A stretch of DNA of 45,675 nt from Candidatus Methylomirabilia bacterium (GTDB taxonomy: Bacteria; Methylomirabilota; Methylomirabilia; Rokubacteriales; CSP1-6): contig JBGPXN010000017.1 of the NCBI GenBank assembly GCA_041492755.1, positions 1 through 45,675 of the forward strand. Direction: 5' to 3'. The notes beneath the pieces were generated by a model. The model worked only from the letters and a program-made list of their open reading frames with translations. It was not told the DNA's origin and did no database searches. Positions 38,494 through 45,675 of this stretch are shown one piece after another. The translations under genes and the position numbers were made by a program. Within the stretch, counting starts at the first letter, position 1, and every line of letters starts with the position of its first letter.

Positions 38494-39567
38494 CTACCCC
38501 AAGTGGGCGACCCGGGGCGCCACTTGCTCGATCAACAGTCGCAAGCTCTCGTGGTCCCAGCCGGCGTCGTCCGAGTCCGTGGTGATCGACAGGAACGTGC
38601 CGAATCCGCCGCTCTCTTCGTAAACCTGATGGATCTTCTCCGCGACTTCCGACGGGTCGCCGACGATCCAGAGGTTGTCCATCAAGTAGTCGACCGTGAC
38701 GGACTCGTCAGGCAGCGCCGGGTCCAGCTTGGTCGTCGCCATCTGGACCGTGCCCAGGCGATTGGGCCGCTGATGGCTCACATAGTTCCGTCCGAGGACC
38801 GCGCGGCCCCGCTCACGGGCGATGGCCGGGGTGGTGGCGACGAGCACGTCGCGCGCGATGCGCCACTGACTCCGATCCGCCGGCCGCCCGGCGCTCTTCG
38901 CACCGTCTTCCACCAGGCGCCAGTGGTCGCCGAGATACCGGCGGGACAGGAGCGAGCTCGACATGGGAATGAAGCCGCGTTCGCCGGCCATTCGCATGGA
39001 AGTCGAGTCTGGAGTGCTGGCCGCCACCGCGATCGGCGGATGGGGCTTCTGGTACGGCTTCATGTAGTAGCCCCGCTCTTTCACGGGATCGAACGCCGGA
39101 GTCTCGACGTCGAAGAACTTGCCGTGATGGCTGAACCGTCCTTCCGACGCCCAGAGCTTGAGCACCACCTCGAGCACTTCGGCCGAGCGGGCGCGCAGGG
39201 TGGTGGCGTCCAGACCCAACAGCGACATATCGGTCGGGATGGCGCCGCCACCGATCCCCCACTGGAACCGGCCGCGCGCCATGTGGTCGAGCATGGCGAC
39301 GCGATGCGCGAGGTACACGGGGTTGTGGAGGGCCAGGAGCGTGACGCCGGTGCCCAGCCTCACGTTTTTGGTCAACGCCAGCGCCTTGGCGATGAGCAGA
39401 TCGGGCGCGGGCGCGTTCTCCCAGCGTTCGGTCAGATGCTCGCCCACCCACGCTTCCCGGAAGCCGAGCTGATCGGCGAGCACGATCTGATCGATGTCCC
39501 GGTCGTAGGCATCGGCGAACGACCGATACGGAGGGTGGAGCGGCATCATGAACAGGCCGAACTGCAT
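38494..39567 (-). CDS. LLM-class flavin-dependent monooxygenase (LimB/CamP-like)
   Basis: MQFGLFMMPLHPP, EAWVGEHL, RVAMLDHMARGRF, KPYQKPHPPIAV; AAGGAG SD. Confidence 0.92.
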   Translation of the reverse strand: MQFGLFMMPLHPPYRSFADAYDRDIDQIVLADQLGFREAWVGEHLTERWENAPAPDLLIAKALALTKNVRLGTGVTLLALHNPVYLAHRVAMLDHMARGRFQWGIGGGAIPTDMSLLGLDATTLRARSAEVLEVVLKLWASEGRFSHHGKFFDVETPAFDPVKERGYYMKPYQKPHPPIAVAASTPDSTSMRMAGERGFIPMSSSLLSRRYLGDHWRLVEDGAKSAGRPADRSQWRIARDVLVATTPAIARERGRAVLGRNYVSHQRPNRLGTVQMATTKLDPALPDESVTVDYLMDNLWIVGDPSEVAEKIHQVYEESGGFGTFLSITTDSDDAGWDHESLRLLIEQVAPRVAHLG

Positions 39568-39686
39568 GCGAGACTCCTTACGCTTCGTGACCGCCGGTAA
39601 GCGCGATTCTAGACCAAAGCGAGCGTCGCCTTGCAGCGAACCGCGCCGCGGTGGTAGCGTTGGCGGCCAGACCGGAGGAGGCCACG

Positions 39687-40724
39687 ATGCCCGCAACGCT
39701 CACGTCCAAGCGGCATAAGGTCCAGGACGACGCCGACCTCGTCGAGTTCTGCTTCCAGCGGGGCTGGTCCGACGGGCTTCCCGTCGTGCCGCCCACGGAG
39801 GCGCGCGTCCGCCAGATGCTGGATGCGGCCAAGCTGGGGCCGGACCAGCAGATCGCGTTCATCGAGAACCGCTCGGTGTCGATCACCGCCGAAAAAGTCG
39901 CCATCAACGCCCTCATGGCGGGTTGCCGGCCCGAGTACATGCCGGTGGTGATCGCCGCGGTGGAGGGCATCGGCGACCCGCGCTGGGGATACCACGGTCC
40001 GGGCACGTCCACCGGCGGGGCGGCGGTGCTCACGATCGTCAACGGTCCCATCGCGCGCGAGCTGGACGTGAACGCCGGCGACAACCTCTTCGGGCCGGGC
40101 TGGCGCTCCAACGCCACCATCGGCCGCGCGCTGCGGCTGGTCATGCGCAATGTGTGCGGCTCGCGGCCGGGCTTGCTCGACCGCGGAACGCTCGGGAACC
40201 CCGGCAAGCTCTCCTACGTGATCGCGGAGAACGAGGCGGAGAGCCCGTGGACGCCGCTGCACGTGGAGCGGGGGTTCCGCCCCGAGCAGAGCACGGTCAC
40301 GGTGTTCGCGGCGAACGGGCCGCACCAGTTCTACAACCAGCTGTCCAACACCGCGGAGGGCGTGCTCACGACCCTCGCCGACGACATGCGCATCTCGGGC
40401 GGCGTCATGGGCCAGCCGCAGTACGTGCTCGTCATCGCCGGTGAGCACATGCGGACGATTGCCGCCGACGGCTGGACGAAGGCCGACATCCGGAAGTTCG
40501 TGTGGGAGCACACCCAGAACTCGCACGCCCACCTCAAGCGCACGCAGCGCATGTCGGGCGAGCTCACGCCGGCGGACGAGAAGGCGATGCGACCGCTGGT
40601 GGAGACGCCGGACGACATCCTGGTCGTGGCCGCGGGCGGGCGCGCCGGCGCGTTCTCCGGCTACATCCCGGGCTGGGGCGGCAAGCGGTCCTCACAGGCC
40701 ATCACCAAGGAGGTCAAGCGATGA
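39687..40724 (+). CDS. Conserved hypothetical protein, partner of UGSC-family proteins
   Basis: GWSDGLPVVPPT, EKVAINALMAGCRPEY, NATIGRALRL, ENEAESPWTPLH; GGAGGAGG SD; stop overlaps the UGSC ATG. Confidence 0.8.
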   Translation: MPATLTSKRHKVQDDADLVEFCFQRGWSDGLPVVPPTEARVRQMLDAAKLGPDQQIAFIENRSVSITAEKVAINALMAGCRPEYMPVVIAAVEGIGDPRWGYHGPGTSTGGAAVLTIVNGPIARELDVNAGDNLFGPGWRSNATIGRALRLVMRNVCGSRPGLLDRGTLGNPGKLSYVIAENEAESPWTPLHVERGFRPEQSTVTVFAANGPHQFYNQLSNTAEGVLTTLADDMRISGGVMGQPQYVLVIAGEHMRTIAADGWTKADIRKFVWEHTQNSHAHLKRTQRMSGELTPADEKAMRPLVETPDDILVVAAGGRAGAFSGYIPGWGGKRSSQAITKEVKR

Positions 40725-41251
40725 TCGAGCTCCTCGATCCCACCACGGAGGCGGTGACGCAGACGATCGCGTTCAAGCCGCGGCCCGATTCGCTGCTCGG
40801 CAAGCGTATCGCGCTCATCGAGAACACCAAGTTCAACTCCGACAAGCTCCTCAAGAAGATCGGCGACATCCTCAAGAGCGAGCACGGCGCCGCCGAGGTG
40901 AAGATGTTCCGGAAGCACAACTCGAGCGTGCCCGCCCACCAGGAGATCATCGAGGAGGTGACCAGCACCTGCGACGTCATGGTCGCCGGCGTCGGTGATT
41001 GAGGGTCCTGCTCGTCGGGCAGTGTGCTCGACGGAATCCTGCTGGAGAAGGCCGGAGTGCCCTCGGCGTCGATCGTGACCCATGTGTTCGAGGTGACCGG
41101 GCGGGCCATGGCGGAGCAGTGGGGCGTGCCGAGCTACAAGTTCCTCGTCATGGAGCATCCGATCGCCAATCTCACCGAGCCGCAGCTCGATGAGCGCGCG
41201 CGGCAGATGGTGCCGCAGGTGGTGAAGCTGATCCTCGAAGGGCAGGAGTAG
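40721..41251 (+). CDS. UGSC-family probable selenoprotein (Sec at codon 94), 176 aa
   Basis: AAGGAGG SD; ...CDVMVAGVGD-[TGA 41000]-GSCSSGSVLDGILLEKAGVPSASIVT...VMEHPIANL; the literal U-G-S-C motif. Confidence 0.88.
41013..41033 (+). promoter_or_regulatory. Putative bacterial SECIS element of the UGSC gene
   Basis: CGUCGGGCA-GUG-UGCUCGACG, a 9-bp stem (one G-U) at +11..+31; loop GU at +20/+21. Confidence 0.72.
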
Positions 41252-41293
41252 TCACTCGAGCCGGGCCGTCGTCATCCAGGAAGGGCAGGGAAA

Positions 41294-42322
41294 GTCATCG
41301 AGTATCGGCCGCCCTGGTGGTGCCGGAACCGGCACCTGCAGACGTTCTGGGGTCCGCTCTTCCGCCGCCGCGACCTGCCGCTGCGGCGGGAGCGCCTGAC
41401 CACGCGCGATGGCGACTTCGTCGACCTCGACTGGCAGGACGGCGCGCGCGGAGCGCCGCTCGTGCTCGTGCTGCACGGGCTCGAGGGCTGCGCGCGCTCG
41501 CACTACGTCGTCGACGTGTTCGAGCTCGTCCGCGCGCTCGGCTGGCGTGGCGTCGCGCTGAACTTCCGGTCCTGTAGCGGCGAGCTCAACCGGCTGCCGC
41601 GCTTCTATCACTCCGGCGACACCGCCGACCTCGACCTGGTCGTGCAGCGGCTGATCGAGCGCGAGCCGGACGTCAGGCTCGGCATCGTCGGGGTCTCGCT
41701 CGGCGGCAACGTGCTGGTGAAATGGCTCGGCGAGGGGGGCGACTGCGTGCCGGCGGCGGTGCGGGCGGGAGTCGGGATCTCCGTGCCGTTCGACCTCGGC
41801 GCGTGCGCCGAGGCGCTCGACCGTCGTGGCTTCGGTAAGTGGATCTACACGGCGAATTTCTTGCGGACCCTGCGGGCCAAGGTAATGGCGAAGGCCCGCG
41901 TCCATCCCGGCTTCGTCGACGTGGCCGCGGTCGGGCGGGCGCGAACGTTCCACGAATACGACGCCGCCGTCACCGCGCCGCTCCACGGCTTCGCGAACGC
42001 CCGCGACTACTGGACGCGCGCGAGCTGCGGGCCGTACGTGGCCGCCGTCCGGAGGCCGCTCCTGCTCCTCGGCTCCGTCGACGATCCGTTCATTCCTCGG
42101 ACCTGCCTGCCCGATCCCAAGACGCTGCCGTCAGGTGTGCAGGCCGAGTTCTCGGCGCGCGGCGGCCACGTCGGGTTCTGGGAGGGCGCGTGGCCGTGGC
42201 GGGCGCGCCCGTGGGCGGAGCGACGGGCCGTGAAGTTCATCGCCAGTGCGTTGATGGATGACCCCTCGCTGCGGCCGCCGCCACGGTTGGCGTCATCGCG
42301 GGTGGAGGTGACCGCGCGATGA
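41294..42322 (+). CDS. YheT-family alpha/beta hydrolase; no canonical start codon upstream of the conserved N-terminus
   Basis: YRPPWWCRNRHLQT, DGDFVDLDW, LHGLEG, YHSGDT, GVSLGGN, DDPFI, GGHVGF; first GTG (41462) lies inside the domain. Confidence 0.8.
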   Translation, partial: VIEYRPPWWCRNRHLQTFWGPLFRRRDLPLRRERLTTRDGDFVDLDWQDGARGAPLVLVLHGLEGCARSHYVVDVFELVRALGWRGVALNFRSCSGELNRLPRFYHSGDTADLDLVVQRLIEREPDVRLGIVGVSLGGNVLVKWLGEGGDCVPAAVRAGVGISVPFDLGACAEALDRRGFGKWIYTANFLRTLRAKVMAKARVHPGFVDVAAVGRARTFHEYDAAVTAPLHGFANARDYWTRASCGPYVAAVRRPLLLLGSVDDPFIPRTCLPDPKTLPSGVQAEFSARGGHVGFWEGAWPWRARPWAERRAVKFIASALMDDPSLRPPPRLASSRVEVTAR

Positions 42323-43608
42323 CGACCGATGCGTACGGCCTCCCCGTCACCACGGCTTCGTCCACCGCCGGCGCCGCGTACGACCGCGCCGCTCACGGCC
42401 TGCTGGGATGGGACGGCGCCGCGCTCGACATGTTCCAGGCGACGATTGCCCAGGATCCGGGTCTCGCGCTCGGCCATGCCGGTGCCGGCGTGTGCCTGTT
42501 CCTCGAGGAGCGGTTCGCCGAGGCCCGCACGGCGGTGACCGAGGCGCGGGCGCGCGTCGCCGCCGGTTCGCCGCGCGAGCGGAGCCACGTGGAAGCGCTC
42601 GCGCTGCTGGTGACGGGGAAGGTCGCGGAAGCCGAGACGCTCATGCGCGAGCACCTCGCCGCGTGGCCCCGCGACCTCGTGATCGCCCAGCGCCTGTACT
42701 TCATCTGGTTCTGGCAGGGACGGTTCCCCGACCTCCTCGATCTCACCACGGACCTCATGCGGCGCGTGGGCGGCGGGCCGTTCCTGCCGGGCCTGCACGC
42801 CTTCGCACTCGAGCAAGCGGGCCGCTGCGCCGAAGCGGTGAGGCTCGCGGAAGAGGCGCTCGCCGCCAATTCCCGGGATGCATGGGGCGTGCACGCGCTC
42901 GCCCACGCGCTGTTCGAGCAGGCCGCCTTCGATGCCGGCGTCGACGCGTTGCCGGCGCGCATCGAGCCCTGCACGCACCTCGGCTGGTTCCGGAACCACC
43001 TCCTCTGGCACCTGGCGCTCATGCACCTGAGCCGCGGTGAGTACGGGCGCGTGCTCGCGATGTCGCACAGCGTGTTCGAGCGCGAGCCGTCCTCGATTGC
43101 CGGCAACCTGCACGACTCGCTCTCGCTCCTGTGGCGCTTGATGCTCGCCGGGCACGACGTGCGGACGCGCTGGGTCCCGTTCGTCGAGATCGCCCACGAG
43201 CGGCTCGATCGCCAGGGGCTGCTTTTCCACGCCGTGCACCTGGCCATGGCGCTGGCCGGCGGGGGAGACTGGACGACGGCCGCCCAGCAGGTGGACATGC
43301 TGCGGGCGCGGACGGCGAAGGACCGAACCGGGCTGATCGCCGACGTCGTGCTGCCGCTCATCGGGGGGATCCACGCCTTCGCGCGCGCCGAGTACGCCGA
43401 CACCATCCGCGCCATCGAACCGCTCACGCCGCGCATCGTGGAGCTCGGCGGCAGCCGGGCGCAGCGCGACGTGTTCCACGACACGCTGCTGGAGGCGTGC
43501 TTCCGCGCCGGCGACATGGACCGCGCGGAGCGCTTGCTGGCGGCGCGAATCGCGCGGCGTCCGGATCACCAGTGGACGACGCGCAAGACACGCCCGGCTG
43601 CCTCCTGA
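42319..43608 (+). CDS. TTC38-like tetratricopeptide repeat protein
   Basis: DAWGVHALAH, HLLWHLAL, LGGSRAQRDVF signatures. Confidence 0.85.
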   Translation: MTTDAYGLPVTTASSTAGAAYDRAAHGLLGWDGAALDMFQATIAQDPGLALGHAGAGVCLFLEERFAEARTAVTEARARVAAGSPRERSHVEALALLVTGKVAEAETLMREHLAAWPRDLVIAQRLYFIWFWQGRFPDLLDLTTDLMRRVGGGPFLPGLHAFALEQAGRCAEAVRLAEEALAANSRDAWGVHALAHALFEQAAFDAGVDALPARIEPCTHLGWFRNHLLWHLALMHLSRGEYGRVLAMSHSVFEREPSSIAGNLHDSLSLLWRLMLAGHDVRTRWVPFVEIAHERLDRQGLLFHAVHLAMALAGGGDWTTAAQQVDMLRARTAKDRTGLIADVVLPLIGGIHAFARAEYADTIRAIEPLTPRIVELGGSRAQRDVFHDTLLEACFRAGDMDRAERLLAARIARRPDHQWTTRKTRPAAS

Positions 43609-43676
43609 GCTCTCTCGGCCCACCGAACGGTCGCGGCATCCTGTGACCTCGGCAGTCACGGCATGAAGTCGGCACC

Positions 43677-44366
43677 GTGAAGCCGGCTGTCGCCGTCATG
43701 GCGCGGGTGCCGGGCGCCGGGCCCGTGAAGACGCGGCTACACGAAGCGCTGACGCCCGCGGTGGCGACCGAGCTCTATCGCTGCTTCCTCCTCGACCGAC
43801 TCGAGGCACTGGCCGCACTGCCCGGCATCGACCCCGTCGTGGCCTTCACGCCCGCGACCGCCCGCGCCGAGATGGCGGCGCTCGCGCCCTCGGGCGTTCG
43901 GCTCATCGCGCAAACGACGGGCGATCTGAGCGAGCGGCTGATCACGCTGGTCAAGGACCTGCTCGAAGATGGGCACCCAGCGGTGCTCGCCATGGACAGC
44001 GACAGCCCGACCTTGCCCATGCACTGGGTGAGCGAGGCGGCAGACGTTCTCGTCAGGACCGACGCCGACGTCGTCCTCGGCCCGTGCGACGACGGCGGCT
44101 ACTACCTCGTCGGCGTGCGAGCGTCGCACCCCGAGTTGTTCAGCGGGATTCCCTGGAGCACCGACGCCGTGCTGGCGGCCACGCGGGCGCGGGTGGACGA
44201 GCTGGGATTGCGCGCGCGCTTGCTGGGCACCTGGTTCGACGTGGACGACGAGCTCGCGCTCCGACGTCTCCACGCGGAGCTTCGCGGCGGCGCCACCAAA
44301 GCGCCCCGCACCCGCGCCTTTCTTGCGGAGACCTACAGTATGACCTCGGCCTCGGAGAGCTTCTGA
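43677..44366 (+). CDS. DUF2064/CofC-like glycosyltransferase-fold protein (rSAM/selenodomain-associated transferase 1 type)
   Basis: ARVPGAGPVKTRL, QTTGDLSERL, DSDSPTL, VVLGPCDDGGYYLVG, IPWST, WFDVD. Confidence 0.88.
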   Translation: MKPAVAVMARVPGAGPVKTRLHEALTPAVATELYRCFLLDRLEALAALPGIDPVVAFTPATARAEMAALAPSGVRLIAQTTGDLSERLITLVKDLLEDGHPAVLAMDSDSPTLPMHWVSEAADVLVRTDADVVLGPCDDGGYYLVGVRASHPELFSGIPWSTDAVLAATRARVDELGLRARLLGTWFDVDDELALRRLHAELRGGATKAPRTRAFLAETYSMTSASESF

Positions 44367-44527
44367 TCGCCCCGAGCGCCGGTCACCGAGGTGTTTTCCG
44401 GAGGCGCCAGGCCAAGCCGCCGAGGCGACTGAAGTCGTCACGGCGTCTCGCCGACGTTCTTGGCCGAGCGGGCGCTCACCCCGTATGATCGCGACGGACC
44501 AATTCGGTTCCCAAGGAGTCTGCGCTC

Positions 44528-45289
44528 ATGTCGAAGCACTTCACCCGCAAGGAGCTGACGGCGTACGAACGCGACGGGTTCGTGGTCGTGTCCGGTATGT
44601 TCGGACCCGCCGATGTCGCGGCGCTTCAAGCCTGGGTCGACGAAGTGCAAGCCTGGCCCGAGGTCGCGGCCCGGCACATGGTCTATGGCGAGCCGAGCCT
44701 GACCGAGCCTGGCCGGCGACTCATCAGTCGCATCGAGAACTTCTATCCGTATCACCGGGGACTCCATGCGCTCTTCGATGGCGAGCAGCTGCTGGCACGC
44801 GTCGCCGAGCTGTTCGGCGAGCCGGCCGTCCTCTTCAAGGACAAGATCAACTTCAAGATGGCGGGCGGCGACGGCTTCAAGCCCCATCAAGATCAGCAGG
44901 CCGGGTGGTCGACGTACGCCAGCCTTTTCGTCACCGTGCTCGTCGCCATCGACGACGCGACGCTGGAGAACGGCTGCCTGGAGCTCAGCGCCGGGCAGCA
45001 CACGCGCGGCCTGATCGGAAAGGAATGGACGCCGCTGACGGACGAGGACATGGCGCCGATGGTGTTCGTGCCGTACCCGACCAAGCCCGGCGACGCCATC
45101 TTCTTTGACTCGTTCGTCCCGCACCGCTCGGGGCCCAACCTCACCGCCGACGGGCGCCGGGTGCTCTACGTGACGTACAACCGCACGGCCGAGGGCGATC
45201 ATCGCCAGCGGTACTATGCCGACAAACGGAAGAGCTATCCGCCCGATTGCGAGCGCGAGGCGGGCAAGGAATACGTGTACCGCGTGTGA
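44528..45289 (+). CDS. PhyH-family Fe(II)/2-oxoglutarate dioxygenase
   Basis: LFKDKINFK..GG.GFKPHQD (HxD), DDATLENGCL, PGDAIFFDSFVPHRSGPN, RRVLYVTYN; AAGGAG SD. Confidence 0.92.
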   Translation: MSKHFTRKELTAYERDGFVVVSGMFGPADVAALQAWVDEVQAWPEVAARHMVYGEPSLTEPGRRLISRIENFYPYHRGLHALFDGEQLLARVAELFGEPAVLFKDKINFKMAGGDGFKPHQDQQAGWSTYASLFVTVLVAIDDATLENGCLELSAGQHTRGLIGKEWTPLTDEDMAPMVFVPYPTKPGDAIFFDSFVPHRSGPNLTADGRRVLYVTYNRTAEGDHRQRYYADKRKSYPPDCEREAGKEYVYRV

Positions 45290-45425
45290 CCTCGCCGCCT
45301 GGCTCGCCTGCGCGGTGTTCTGTGGAACGGAGTCAGCGCGGTGAACGCGCGCCTGCGCGGCATGGACCTGTCGGGCGGGGACTCCAGTCTCTGGCGCCCG
45401 GCCCACTGGCACAAGGTGTAGCCGG

Positions 45426-45675
45426 AACGAGGAGCGCCCCGGGTCCCCCGGGGCGTGCCGAACGTGGGGGGTACGGGGGGCCATGGTCGGGCGCGCCCCG
45501 GTCAACGAGGGCGCGCCCCGGGTTTCCCCGGGGCGCGCCGAACGTGGGGGGTACGGGGGGCCATGGTCGGGCGCGCCCCGGTCAACGAGGGCGCGCCCCG
45601 GGTTTCCCCGGGGCGCGCCGAACGTGGGGGGTACGGGGGCCATGGTCGGGCGCGCCCCGGTGAACGAGGCGCGCC
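45426..45675. repeat. 80-bp GC-rich palindromic tandem repeat (about 3 units, truncated by the window end)
   Basis: Identical units 45461-45540 and 45541-45620, a variant partial unit 45621-45675 and a degenerate lead-in from 45426; each full unit holds a 13-bp inverted repeat. Confidence 0.92.

Noticed and set aside
45407..45423. TGGCAC as a possible sigma54 promoter
   Set aside because: GG-to-GC spacing is 11, not 10, and no gene follows within the window
45247..45663. 138-aa ORF (and the upstream part of the opposite-strand 44438-45643 ORF) over the terminal repeat
   Set aside because: Low-complexity G/P/R/A translation of the DNA repeat; no family motifs
45426..45675. CRISPR array
   Set aside because: Units are 80-bp direct tandem copies with no unique spacers, and no cas genes are present

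Overview
High-GC (roughly 70% by eye) bacterial chromosomal segment. Gene content and style suggest Candidatus Rokubacteria/Methylomirabilota, but that is an inference. It carries about 45 densely packed, mostly metabolic genes: CoA-dependent catabolism, LLM oxidoreductases, transporters, purC, a sigma54 two-component system and a DUF433/PIN toxin-antitoxin pair. There are no rRNA or tRNA genes, no CRISPR array and no transposases. The main hidden signal is three genes the ORF track splits at an in-frame TGA that falls on a redox-active Cys position: DsbA-like UPHC (2316), AhpD/CMD-like CEYU (23991) and UGSC-family UGSC (41000). Each TGA is followed by a bacterial SECIS-like hairpin whose G-initiated loop starts 20-23 nt downstream, so these are three probable selenoproteins. 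Other notable features: (i) several genes that keep their start and C-terminus but have lost the middle, plus other gene remnants; (ii) a fused double acyl-CoA dehydrogenase whose two halves are degenerate in complementary ways; (iii) a ClpS-like protein with Cys in the N-degron pocket; (iv) a repeated leaderless-promoter architecture (TANNNT-N7-start); (v) two sigma54 promoters; (vi) an 80-bp palindromic tandem repeat at the right end.
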